A DNA stretch of 63,783 nucleotides, counting the filler, from Calcarisporiella thermophila CBS 279.70 (lineage: Eukaryota > Fungi > Calcarisporiellomycota): assembly GCF_041956535.1 (NCBI RefSeq). It is 4 parts of 4 records of this genome, joined end to end, with 100 filler letters (N's around TTAATTAATTAA, not from the genome) between each part and the next. Parts side by side here need not be neighbours in the genome. Positions count along the whole stretch, not along the records: positions 26,054 to 45,311 come from NW_027192196.1; positions 45,412 to 59,189 come from NW_027192221.1; 2 more parts are not named here. One strand, written 5' to 3'. A model generated the notes under the pieces. That model was not told the origin of the DNA and did no database searches. It was given only the letters and a program-made list of their open reading frames with translations. Position numbers and translations under genes: made by a program. This document shows positions 40,201 through 51,973 of the stretch, one piece after another (the stretch's first letter is position 1; the number at the start of each line of letters is the position of its first letter).

Positions 40201-40667
40201 TGATTATATTCGTAGATTGGCATTCACCGGGAAACTAAATATTATGCCAATGCTAGTTCCTGGCTCGGAACTCTCTAATTCATGCCTTCGAAAACTACAG
40301 GAAGCCGCCATTCTTAGTGTCATTAAGCAAACCTTAGATTCAGAAGTAAACAAGGAATACTAACCTTATTTTATGTCCCCTCCACCGACTTTTTCAATTC
40401 ATTATCCTTGTCTCTGAATAGTACTTTTGTATCATTATTTGAAGTGCAATTGTCAAATTCTCCACGCTCAAATCGTTGTAGATGCGTGCTAAGTGAATTC
40501 AAGTAACATTATGAAGAAAATTTTAATATTAGACTATCCAGTTAGAAAAAATTCTTTTATAACACAGAGCTCGCAATGGAGTAGTAATTAATGTAATATA
40601 AATAATAAATATCTATTTGTTATTTTACAAAATTGCTTTAGCAGTAATTTTCCAAATATAATTTCAA

Positions 40668-42156
40668 TTATTCAATATTTTCTCTTAAGCCCTCTAACCT
40701 TAATCTCTTTTCATTCACTGCCACCGGCTGATTAAATATTTTAGTAATCACTGCAATGGTAAAAGGTATCGATGTCAAAAGTAATACGCAATTTGCAACA
40801 ACCTGTGTTCTGTATGTTATTCCAGCCCCATCAATTGCCCAGGCTACAGCCCCTCCAGCAGCTTGTACGCCTTTGTTAAATCCAGCGTAGTGTGAAAGTT
40901 TCTGTGGGTCATCTGTGAGTTTGCCCATGAGCCAAAAGCAGTACACCTGCCAAAGCGCATCGTTGAGACCATATAGAGCAAAGAGCGTAAGAAGCCGCCC
41001 ATACCCTGTATCGAACCAATCAGCTCCAATAGGCGTTTGATAACGGTCGAAAGTGAGCTGAAAAATAACCCCCCCTATCCACGTAGGTATCACGATCAAA
41101 CATGCCAGAAAGAATCCTAAGAGCGCCCTTGATCTGTCGTTAGTAATTAGTTTCGAATCCAAGAAATATCCAAAAACTCCCGCCCCAACGATTTGCACAC
41201 TCCAAAAAATTACGTTATTAAGAGAACGTGTGCGGACGTTGAAGTAAAATCCGTTGACAGCATTGAACATATAGGTGTAATAAAAGTTGCTAGAGAAACA
41301 CATGGGTGCTAATGCTAAGAGTTTCCAATTGGTCGCTAGTCTAGCGATTTCTTTTACTTCAGCACGCCAATCAGGAAACTGAGCAGTGCCCACTGGTGTA
41401 CCATCATCACGAATAACCCTAGAGGGAGGCAGCATCAGGAGTGATAAAAGTGTACCAAGAAACATTACTGAAATAATAGCTATATATGTTTCGTTGCTTA
41501 TCGAGCCAGCTCCATTGTTGTTAAGGTTAAGAATGAGAGGAATAATGCCACCCATTACACCACCAATGTTAAAGATAGCCCAAAAAAGCGAAAGATAGCG
41601 CCCCTTTGCTTTTGGTGTTGGATATGACATCATGATAGCCCCTTGCGCAGCCCATAACATTCCCGCAGTCACTCCAAGAAGAGCACCTGACGCGATAACA
41701 AATCCACCGTTTCGCGAAATATTGTACGAAAGAAGCGAGCCAGCATAAAGAACATATCCGAGACAGCCAATAAATAGAGTTAATTTTATGCCTAGAAGAT
41801 TAGTAATCCCTCCGGCAGCATATCCAACGACAGCAAAGCAGGCATAAAGTGCAGCATTAGCTCTATCCACGTCATAGTGCTCTAATTGGCCTCCTCCGCC
41901 CATACCTAATATTTGTTCAAATAAACAACAAATAAATGAGAAACACTGAGTCCTTACTGGTGATACAACATGGTACTCTGTTTATAGGTTTATATACAGA
42001 TATATATATGACTCTACACAGTTGAAATGATTTATCAATCCAACAGGGAAGTTGCTAAATAAGTCACATACCCTTTAAAGCGTTGAACATCCCTGGACAA
42101 GAAAAACAAATCAATCCGATAAGAATAGTTTGGAATACCGGACTATTGAATCGCAT
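40668..42156 (-). CDS. UNC-93-like MFS transporter, 2 exons
   Basis: FNSPVFQTILIGLICFSCPGMFNALKG/MGGGG; AGMLWAAQGAIMMSYP; FWAIFNIGGVMGG; FNVRTRSLN; YAGFNKGVQAAG. Confidence 0.92.
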
Positions 42157-42944
42157 GATATAAGATGCACGCCAAAAATAAATATATATACGGAAAGGAA
42201 AAGGTATATTTAGTCGAGGGAAAGTGGGAAAAATAAAATGCAATAAGTTTCCATGCAAATATATAAATATCCACAGTTTATATACATTAAGACCTAAAAT
42301 GCTTTTCCGAGAAATATCAATTCAACTAGTAATCAAACTTTAATTCAAATCTGTTATGATGGGGATGAAAGATTATTCGGTATTCGAATTTAGATTTACG
42401 CTTGTAGGTTTACAAGAGTAGCTCCGATCCAATTTACAGCATCAAGACTCCACTTCAGCCACGACTTTTATGAGTGCTTCGGCTTTAATTCCGAGCATCT
42501 TCTCACATCTTTTTACACTTCATTAAATTGGCCAAAGCGTGTATTGAAGTACTGCATTTAGTAAGATTCAGTAAGTCTCAATGACATTCCATATTCGCTC
42601 ACCATTTTAACTCTCTATTGCAGTATAGTGGGGTTTACTTACGGTATGTAATTGTAATAGTACTGGAATGTGACCTCGGTTTAATTTAGATACTTTCTTA
42701 ATTTTACTGGTTGTTTTCTAAATACTTAATTAATTGTTATAGTATAAAACGAATTGTAAGAAATTCGAGTTCGAATTAACTTTTTTTTTCTTTATTGAAT
42801 TCTATAATCTTATTTTCTGATTTTTACTATTTTTCTTACCTTGCTATAATAAATAATAAGTTCGATACTTGGTGTTTATTATAGTGATGCTACAAACCAT
42901 AATGCCTCTAATTTGCATACTGTTCTCATACTCGTAATTAATAT

Positions 42945-43672
42945 TGTAGCGGTCCTTTTTGGTAGACTTAATAATAATAATATAGCAAATTGGTGAGGAA
43001 TCATAAACAAAAACAAAGGAATTAAATAATCGAAGAAATAATCGGATGATATGATAATCAGGCGATAAATAACTGCGATCAGGAGATAAATGGTCTAAGC
43101 AAAATAATAAAAATAAAATAATAAAAATAATAAAAATAATGATAAAAAGATAAGATTAAATATTACTATCGAACGAATTAGTTGAGGAAAGTTTAGGTAG
43201 AACTTGAATAGTTCGTCCCGCTACATCATCCCCCCCGTCGTAAGCGATGCCGCAATAGTTCGACGATCTTGCGGCTTCGAAGCGTCTAATGGCATCCCGG
43301 GCGTTTTGAAGATGCGCTAAAGGCTCCCAAGTGTTTTCTTCATCAGGATATCCGTTCCATTTAACAAAATACTCTCGCTTATTTCCACGACCACGAACTC
43401 CAAGAATCTTTTCAACATCGTATTCCAGAAATCCTGAGTCGTTGCGAAATATTGGAGGAGGTGGGGGTTGCTCTCGTGCTGCAAATTCATCTGGATTTTC
43501 AATGAACGGCTTGAGCTGAGTGATGTTTACTGTGGGGTGAATGCGAAACGTGAACGGAAGGTCAAGCGTATAGGCATGTGGGCTAACCTTCTTAATTACG
43601 GGAAATGGTCCAACGTAGCGCGGCAAAAACTTTTTGGCGGTTTTATCTGTGTCCACGGGCAGTTGGATGTTC
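42945..43672 (-). mobile_element. Chromoviral Ty3/gypsy 3' end: integrase C-terminus and chromodomain, polypurine tract, 3' LTR (42945-43225)
   Basis: KFLPRYVGPF..YTLDLP..IHPTVNITQLKP; YDVEKIL..EYFVKWNGYPDEENTWEP; GGGGGGGATGA followed by an LTR bounded by TGTAGCGG...CCGCTACA. Confidence 0.92.
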
Positions 43673-43675
43673 TTA

Positions 43676-43810
43676 GGTTCATAGGGAAAAAATGTCCGAT
43701 TCGATTTTTTTTCAAAAATTTAGGTCACGTATCTTGGAAAAAATTTTTTTCGAAAAATTGGTGGCTTATTATTTTTGCTTGAATTCAGTATCATAGTGAT
43801 ACGTCACCCT
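43676..43810. repeat. Terminus of an unclassified dispersed element, copy A
   Basis: GGTTCATAGRGAAAAAATGTCCGATTC...ACGTATCTT...GGTGGCTTATTA...ACGTCACC is shared with 57722-57855. Confidence 0.8.
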
Positions 43811-44165
43811 AAATCCTTTTTTGAAAAACTAGATATTGGGGGGTACTGACTAGTAGAGGCATAACGAGGATGATATTGTTAATGTATCTAAGTACAAAAT
43901 AACGCTATTCCTGTTGCATACTATTGTTATTTTAAATCAGTTTTCAATATATAAATATGAGAGGAATAGTATGGGAATGCCGATATGCGAAATAAAAACG
44001 AGCTCTGGTAGAATGAAATAAACGATAGAATTCAGGTGGAGCCCGAAAGTGACCCTCGGAGAGGAATTTTGGTAGAGAGAAATCAGCGCATATTTAATCA
44101 TAGACATATATAGGAGAGAAGATTGACTTAGGAGCTTGTAATTTCACTTTTTCGTTTCTCAGGGT

Positions 44166-45311
44166 TTGGTGGCTTTCAACCTGACTTTATACTATGTTAC
44201 ATATGTTACTTTCAGATCTTCTTAATCTCTGTCTACGTAGCTACGTCATCATTTATTGGATATATATACGTACATTTGAGATTGTAATAAATTAATAAGG
44301 AGTTAAATCTTTTGTTGGAGAACGACCAGGCATGACCTAAGTCTGGATAGTTGTTGTGTTACGACGGTTATTTCATACTTATACAAATATGTATAAGCAA
44401 GTATCTTATCATCATTATTAGTCATCATCTCCTATTCTATCATATATATATAGGATGTGCTTTCTCTCTTTTGTATTCTGAAGTAGTGTGTGTTATTTAT
44501 GTTATCCCTTCTATCTGTTTTCTTTCCTTTTATTAATATACTCTTAATCAGTTCCAACATCTTTCTCTCCAACTAAAAACCCCCGTCACATACTATAAAG
44601 TCAGGTTGAAAGCCACCAATTTGTGATTCACGAATTTGTGATTCACAAATTCGTGAAGGACTACGCCACAATTGCTAAGCCCCTGACAAGATTACTCAAA
44701 AAGGGCGCAGTTTTTCAGTGGGGGAAGGAACAAGAAGCAGCATTCAAGTTATTGAAAAAAAGGCTCTGCACGGCACCAATCCTTGCACATCCTGATTTTT
44801 CCCGACTTTTTCGACTGTACACAGATGCCAGCACGATCGGGCTCGGCGCAGTTCTCGCACAAGAACATGAAGATTTCGAGAGCGGCAAAAAGGTAGAAAG
44901 GGTAATTTGTTACCTATCCCGACAACTCAAGCCTGCCGAGCAAAATTATTCCGCAACAGAGTTGGAGTGCCTGGCTGTGGTATGGTCTTTAACCAAGTTA
45001 CACGCTTATCTTGATGGGTCCAAATTCCAGCTCATTACCGATCACATTACGCTCCGATGGATTATGGATTATCGCGGACCGAACGCCAGACTTCTGCGCT
45101 GGTCAATCCACTTGCAACCATATCGAGAGACGATGAAGATTATTCACCGACCCGGGCGAATCCATGCCAATGTGGATTCACTTTCCAGGAAACCCCTGCC
45201 CTTAGTCAACACCGTTTCCACTACCACCATTGCTCAAGACATACTCGACAAAGTACGTGCAGGATATTGCCACGACCAGAAGTTCAGCGAAATACTTCAC
45301 ATCCTTGCACT
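44166..45311 (+). mobile_element. Back-to-back LTR/leader ends followed by a Ty3/gypsy RT-connection/RNase H fragment
   Basis: 26-bp inverted copies of TATAAAGTCAGGTTGAAAGCCACCAA, each just after a ..CA end; ORF 44623-45311 has IAKPLTRLLKK..W..EQEAAF, LYTDAS, NYSATELECLAVVW, TDH and HANVDSLSR. Confidence 0.88.
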
Positions 45312-45411
45312 NNNNNNNNNNNNNNNNNNNNNNNNNNNNNNNNNNNNNNNNNNNNTTAATTAATTAANNNNNNNNNNNNNNNNNNNNNNNNNNNNNNNNN
45401 NNNNNNNNNNN
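45312..45411. other. Artificial scaffold linker
   Basis: N44-TTAATTAATTAA-N44. Confidence 0.97.
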
Positions 45412-47365
45412 ATTACTACAGCCTTTTAGCTTATAATAGATCAAAGTATAATTCCAAGTATTTGAAAGCGGGGACTGTTGCAAGATATTCAATCTCTATT
45501 AACAGCTCTCCATATTTTAGGAAGCTATATTATAACAAGCTACTCGAACTAGTTGAAGTCTGTATCCCTTATAGGTTCAAGCTAGTTGTTTTTATTTGAG
45601 AAACTCAACATAAGTTTGATATAAATATCCGATCATTATCCAATATTGAATATAACATTCACCTATCAGCATTGATATTTATTATCCAAGGTTTGCTGAT
45701 AATCATTTGTTGGAGTCGCGAGGAGATAACCGCAGTAGCCAATTAATCCTCATAGTCCCTCGACTCTTGTTGAAATCTGGGGTATCATCTAAGTAGCCCT
45801 TGTAATGTAATCCCAAGCTCCCACTACAGTAAAGTAGTGAAGACTGTTATTAGAGTACCAAATATCACCCTTGTTAAATAAAATGATAATATCTCAACTA
45901 TTCTCTGAATGTACTGCTCAGATTCTAGCACATTATTAAAGTGTAAATGTTTATGGCTCTAACCAAACACAAATATGATTTCTAACTCTTAAGTCGATAT
46001 AAGAGGTTGAGGCCTCCGTCTTTATTTTATTCTGTCAGAAATCGTGTCGTCCTATAAAATGTATATGTAAAAGATAATGAATCAATATTTTTATGACTTC
46101 GGAGAAGTGGAGCGTTAAATCTCCTCGATTTTTTCATATAAAGATTTCTGAACCTTTATAATTTAAAACACTCATGTGATTAACAGTCCAAAGCATATGT
46201 AGGAAATCTATTGGAAAAACCACTTTTAAATCTTGTGAGGATTTATTAGCTTCAAAAATACATTTGATGAGCTCGTATCTATATAGTCTCAAATATTTTA
46301 TTTGATTATCCCGTCAGTTTTAATCGTACGAATATCAAACAAATGAAATTCAAGCTTAAAAATATCGGACAATTATTGATAATGATAAAATCATGTAATT
46401 CTCAGGCACATTATAATATTCAGGGGTGTGGAATCCTAGTAATTTTATACTTTTCCAGGTAAAATCAGGTTGACCGTGGAAATGACTGCTTCTTCCTATT
46501 ATAAAGACTTTAGTTATAAAATCATCAATCTTGACTTATCTCCATTGTGTTGAAAAATAAAGCCAGAGTCCTCTTTACAAAACTCGTCTCTACCAAATTT
46601 TAGAAAAACTCCTAACGCTGTAATGTATTGAAAGATTTTATGAGAGCAGCAATTGCACCCATGAAAAAGTTTAAATTTTTGAAAATTATATAAGATTTAA
46701 TAAAAGAAAAAACTATCATGCTATTGATCTTAGTTTAGTAGTCAACTATATAATTCTTAACCAACGTTAACTAAATAGGCATCTCATAACCGATCAATTC
46801 TAGAGTGATAAGAAAAATCATCTCGTTAATCTCTTCATCTTGCCACGAGATTTTTAACCATATAGAATATTTAATTTATATGTATGGCTCAATGCATCAT
46901 TAGAACTAAACATTTTTTTATTGCCTATAATTCACCCATTTATTAACAATATAGAAATAATAATGCCCCTTAAGTATTTTATGACTCTGTAGAGTTGTAT
47001 AGAAAAATAAGTGCAAATAATTAAATAAGGGTCTACAATCGGGGATAGAAAAAAGAAGCTTAATCCTAAAGTTTTTATAACAATTAGAGTCGATTAATTA
47101 GTATCCTTTATGTACTAAAGCTTTAGTTTAAAGTATATTCTTCCAGTTGTACCAAAAGAATATGAAACACTTTCCATTAAATTTTGCTTTTATAGATAAA
47201 CTGTATTAGGGGTATATTGTATACATAAATTGGGGTAATAAATTTGTAAAGACCCTTGTGTAAAAGTATATACAGTATAAAATGCCCTCTGCGTGTGCAT
47301 ATAAAATTAATTTGTAGTATTGGTAAACAATATCATTTTTTGTTAAATTTTGTATTTTTTTAAAG

Positions 47366-47929
47366 ATGTGCTTTCGAATATTTTTATTCACTATTATCTA
47401 TTTTTGCTTTGTTCAAACAATAATAGCATATACAGAATGTTCTCTCAGCAGGGATCCTGAGGATGATTTCAATATGGAAAAGTGTTCGTTTGATGAACTA
47501 AAACAGTTTTGGTCTGAGCTGGAAGGAGGTCATATGCCTACATATGGATCCACATGCGAAAACGTCTGCAGAGTATGTCATATTGGAGAGTGTCCTGATG
47601 CAGACAAATTTCTTGTTAATATGATAAGGATTACAACCCCTTTCTGGAAGAAATCGACATATTACACCCACGAAGACGGTGGAGATGTCAAGGCTGGTAT
47701 GGTTAAGGGCAATGTGTCTTATGTTAATTACCCACCTGATGGCAAAATGGCAATACGACTACGTTATCCCATTTTCAAATCTGCTTCTGTGTATTTAAGA
47801 GAGGTTTATCCTGGATTTTATTTCGGTTTGACATCTACGGAAGAAAATTTTGAGCCAGCAGGTTTCTTTACAAATGATTTCAACAGTAACGAATCTCAGC
47901 AAAAAGATAATGAAGTAGAATCAGACTGA
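47366..47929 (+). CDS. Secreted protein of unknown function, intronless
   Basis: Clean 187-aa ORF in AT-rich DNA, signal peptide, six Cys in the N-terminal half of the mature region, C-terminal DGKMAIRLRY...LREVYPGFYFG. Confidence 0.75.
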   Translation: MCFRIFLFTIIYFCFVQTIIAYTECSLSRDPEDDFNMEKCSFDELKQFWSELEGGHMPTYGSTCENVCRVCHIGECPDADKFLVNMIRITTPFWKKSTYYTHEDGGDVKAGMVKGNVSYVNYPPDGKMAIRLRYPIFKSASVYLREVYPGFYFGLTSTEENFEPAGFFTNDFNSNESQQKDNEVESD

Positions 47930-48059
47930 GCTAGCAAAATTGTAAATCGTGTAAAATATTTTTTTATGCTCATGATTAGATAATATAATTGCCCGATTTA
48001 ATATATTTCTTAATAAATTATCTGAATTACACTCAATATACTTTACGCTATTCAGTATA

Positions 48060-48171
48060 TAGAATGGGCCTCCCTGAAGATATTGCAGACGTCATATATC
48101 TTATTGCATCTAGCGACTCGAGATGGGTATCTGGCCAGCTAATACCTATAAATGGCGCACTTGCTGTTTAA
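48060..48171 (+). pseudogene. Orphan C-terminal fragment of a short-chain dehydrogenase/reductase
   Basis: RMGLPEDIADVIYLIASSDSRWVSGQLIPINGA is the classical SDR C-terminus; no upstream SDR exons found. Confidence 0.7.
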
Positions 48172-48795
48172 AGATATATTGCGTCTCGTTTTTATTTTAT
48201 TGCATTTACGAACTATAAAGTGTGGATATACATCAACTACGAATTTGCTTAATTTTAATATTCTTCTTACTCCATGAAGATTTTAAGTTCACTATTTTGA
48301 AAATACCAAACAAATTAATATGAATTGGTGGGTGATCACTTAGATTTGGATACTAAATTCATTTCCTAAGGTCAACAAAGAAGCGGGATTTAGACGTTAG
48401 GAACAGGTGAAGGTTAGGTTTAATTATGGAAGAAAACAAAAATGAGCGACTGTACAGATAAGCTTTAATAGACACACACCAAGAGCTAGAACTTGGCCAT
48501 TTGGATTACAAGAAGATCACCCCCGATAGAAAAATCAACTACAATAAAATATTTGGGCATTACATCAGCATTATTTAAATGCTATGCAAGGAATTGTGAT
48601 AATCGATCAACTGATTATATACCTTCTATATATATGTTTAGAGTTGGTGAATTATCCAATTATTCATATTCTAGAAGAGAATTACATACTAAATCACTAA
48701 AACGTCATCATTAGATAATATTTTCTATTTTTTTTCTAATACAAAGAGAACAATGAATATGTATTAAATGAAATCTAAGCTTAAAACATGCATCA

Positions 48796-49722
48796 TTATC
48801 GTGATTTAGATGGATTGTTGTATTTTAGCTTGGGCTGTCTGCAGATGATTTTCTCAACTGCAGTAATTCTGTCTCTTAAAACGGGATGTGAATCATAAAT
48901 ATGAGTAACGTTGCGACTCGATGATTTCAGTTCTGCAACCCTTTTTAAAGCTCTAACCATAATGCGAGGGTCTTGTTTGGATTTCAAAAGGTATTCAACT
49001 GCAAATCTATCGGCTTCGAATTCTAAATTTCGGCTCAAAGCTGCCGTAGCGATATTCGTGAAAGTCGGATCCAACAACTCAGGATGAAGTATATTGAACG
49101 CAGCACCGATGTCGTCTCGAATTCCGTGTGCTAATTCTCCATGACCCACTTCATGCGCGAGGATAGCTTCTGCAAGTTCTCCGTTACCAAGGTTTTCAAC
49201 GAATGGACCGTTTATTATTATGATATGACCAGGATTCTGCGCATTATCCCCATTACCCTGAAGTCCCACCGTGGTGTAGTTGCGTAAACGTGTATGCTTT
49301 AGATTAGCAATTGTTCTATCTACTATGGGCTGGGAAATTTTCGTTTCTTCTGGAAACAGGGTGTGGTTTGAAGACATGATCAGGTTTGCCATATCATCTG
49401 AAGCTGCAATTTCCATCTCGACTGTGACGTCCTTGAGGAGATGCTTCTGAACCTTGTCATAAAGTTTGATCACTTGATCACTGAATTTGCTGATTTCGGG
49501 TCGATTTAGCCATAAGTCTTGGCTAGTCTGAAGGACGGGCAACGCCTTAGATCTCGTTTGGTTCAGTAACCGAATATCATCAGCCAAAATCGGTTCCAAA
49601 CTCTTGACTTTTTCCGTAATTAATTCACTGAGTTTACGCAAGTTGGGTGGGAGCTCATCAATTTGAGCGAGGGCTACTCCTAAAAGAATCAGTACAAATT
49701 GAAAAAAGATTAAGACTTGCAT
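48796..49722 (-). CDS. Secreted peptidase M48-family zinc metalloprotease, intronless
   Basis: Signal peptide; ELAEAILAHEVGH; SRNLEFEADRFA; DSHPVLRDRI. No multi-TM Ste24 architecture. Confidence 0.88.
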   Translation of the reverse strand: MQVLIFFQFVLILLGVALAQIDELPPNLRKLSELITEKVKSLEPILADDIRLLNQTRSKALPVLQTSQDLWLNRPEISKFSDQVIKLYDKVQKHLLKDVTVEMEIAASDDMANLIMSSNHTLFPEETKISQPIVDRTIANLKHTRLRNYTTVGLQGNGDNAQNPGHIIIINGPFVENLGNGELAEAILAHEVGHGELAHGIRDDIGAAFNILHPELLDPTFTNIATAALSRNLEFEADRFAVEYLLKSKQDPRIMVRALKRVAELKSSSRNVTHIYDSHPVLRDRITAVEKIICRQPKLKYNNPSKSR

Positions 49723-51649
49723 GAAGAAGACTCTAGTGGAAAATCGATTGTTAACGATTCTAGTTACAATAGAATGTATCGTTATTTATGAATATTCCTA
49801 TCCTTGGCCAAGAATTACTTCCTTTCAGAAATTGCTACCATAAAATATCAACCAAGAAATAGTGGCTGAGAGTGATGTATAGCGCACCAGTTGCTTGCTA
49901 AGCATTCATTAGTTTTGATGCACAATAGGTTGTGTGCATAGCACAATTATAGCATTATATCTGAATAAGCTTTATATGTTATTATACCTAAGCCGAATCC
50001 TAAATCAAATCTGATCCAATCTCAAAAGTATTACAGTAACAAATAAGTTTTCCCAATTCATTGGTCAAATCATTTGAAATTTTTGAACCAAGCCGTAAAA
50101 ATAATAGCAGGATTAAATCTATTGGATATTCATATCCTTATTTTCATGAGGAGTCTGAATTAATCTTAAACAATACTTTGAACCAATGGGCAACCACTTT
50201 CTCAATATGTCCCTATTATTTGTAGGTATTGCTAATTTTTCCATAGGAAAGAGCGATATAGTTATAATGTGTGTTCGCACAAAGGGTCAAGTGCACCTAA
50301 GAGTGATTATATAATACTTTTATTATATTATATATATTAAGGTGAAAGTAGAAGATCTATTTCTAAAAAAATGACACGAGGCAGGAGGGGTGCTAAAAAA
50401 TAATTATGAAATGCCAAAATGTATTTTTTTATTTATACATGTTTTTCACTAAAAACACTCTTACTGCCTGGGATATCGATGATGAAATAATTGGCCCAAA
50501 AGATTTAGCTAGGAGGTAAACCATCGATCCTTCTCTATAATTAGAGCGAGGAAATAAAAAATTGAATACAGATTTGAACTTAGCTAAGTTCAAATCTGTA
50601 TTCAATTGTACACTATAGTGTACAAAGTCGCAAAAAAAGGTTATGAAGTAGCACAACATTCTAGAATTTAGAACCTTCTGTTTATGTCGAGAAAGCGAGA
50701 CGGGCTAATTCCGCTCTAAAGATCATGTAAATATCGTATGATAGTGTGAGAAACTACACTTGCTAGATTTTCTACAGCTGCTTAACCTCAGCCCATCTAA
50801 GAAATAGTATACCCATCCCTCAGCGTATATCAAGGTCTTAAGTTTAAATTTGCTTTTACTATGAAATCCATTTGTACTATTGTGTTTTCTTCTATCTAAT
50901 TTTTGTTGAGATAAAATTTCCATCTTCTCTCAATATGCTAAATTATTTAAGATGGTTAATTAAAGGTGGCTGTGCAATCGCAAAATATGCTTTATTCAGT
51001 GCTTTCAAAAATTCTTTCTAACTGCAATTTAAGCTCAATTGACAAATGTGACAATGATGTTACTTAGGATACTTTGTACATATTATAATTATACAAAAAG
51101 TATATTAAATTTAGATAGGTTTAAATGCAACAAGAAGCTTATTTTTCAACTAAATTTATCGAAATAAAAGGTAGTTTACGATAAATAATTTGGATATTGC
51201 CATATTGTATATTTGTGGATATATCGTTGACAGAGGAAATCCTTAAGATCGACGAATTATAAGCAAAAACTTTATGAGTTCGTATACACAATATATATTA
51301 TAGTGCAAAATGACCCAATATAAGGTTGATATATTTATCCTTATGTAATCTCTGGTAGAATGAGTCACCCAATATTCTATTAAACAATATATTAAGTTAA
51401 TTTCCTTGCATCGCTCAAAGAATACAAACTATCTCTGATCCCAAAATAAAATTTGCATCTCACCTAACCCAATTAATGTTGAGCTTAATCCGCAATTCCT
51501 TTTTATACCAAATTAGTAGCCTAGATCTCCCAGCCACGATAATGGCGATTCCACTGATAATAGTATAAATACACCTTAATGCCGGAAAATCCTCGTATTA
51601 TCAACAATAGAGTCTCTTCTCTAAAGAGTTTGACTGATTTAACGTGGCC

Positions 51650-51973
51650 ATGAAGCATTCGCAAATAATTGCAGTCATAATTGGAGTATTCGCCCTTTGT
51701 ATAGGATCAGCCTTTGCAGGTGTGGTGCAAGGGTATACCAACAGCCGTTGCCAAGGTAAACCTGCGATCGACTCGCCCGGACCATGTAAAACAAGATGCT
51801 GGAATATTCCAGCAAAACCAACTATCCACAGTTATAAGCTACCTAACAATCCAGGCATTACATTCTACAAAAAGGCTAATTGCAAAGGAGGCGTTTTCCA
51901 CGAAGATGATGGTTTCGGAGGCTGTGTTAGGGATGTTAATGCAGTGGCTGCAAGTATAGCTTTTGCTTGCTGA
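51650..51973 (+). CDS. Small secreted basic 6-Cys protein, beta/gamma-crystallin-like motifs
   Basis: Signal MKHSQIIAVIIGVFALCIGSAFA; two repeats GYTNSRCQG...HSY and FYKKANCKG...ASI; TATAAATA at about 51564; AATAAA downstream. Confidence 0.75.
   Translation: MKHSQIIAVIIGVFALCIGSAFAGVVQGYTNSRCQGKPAIDSPGPCKTRCWNIPAKPTIHSYKLPNNPGITFYKKANCKGGVFHEDDGFGGCVRDVNAVAASIAFAC

Noticed and set aside
45412-48720. LINE RT traces (FKYLG-like near 45.45 kb minus; IKYLGI near 48.55 kb plus)
   Set aside because: Single short motifs; too decayed to delimit as features.
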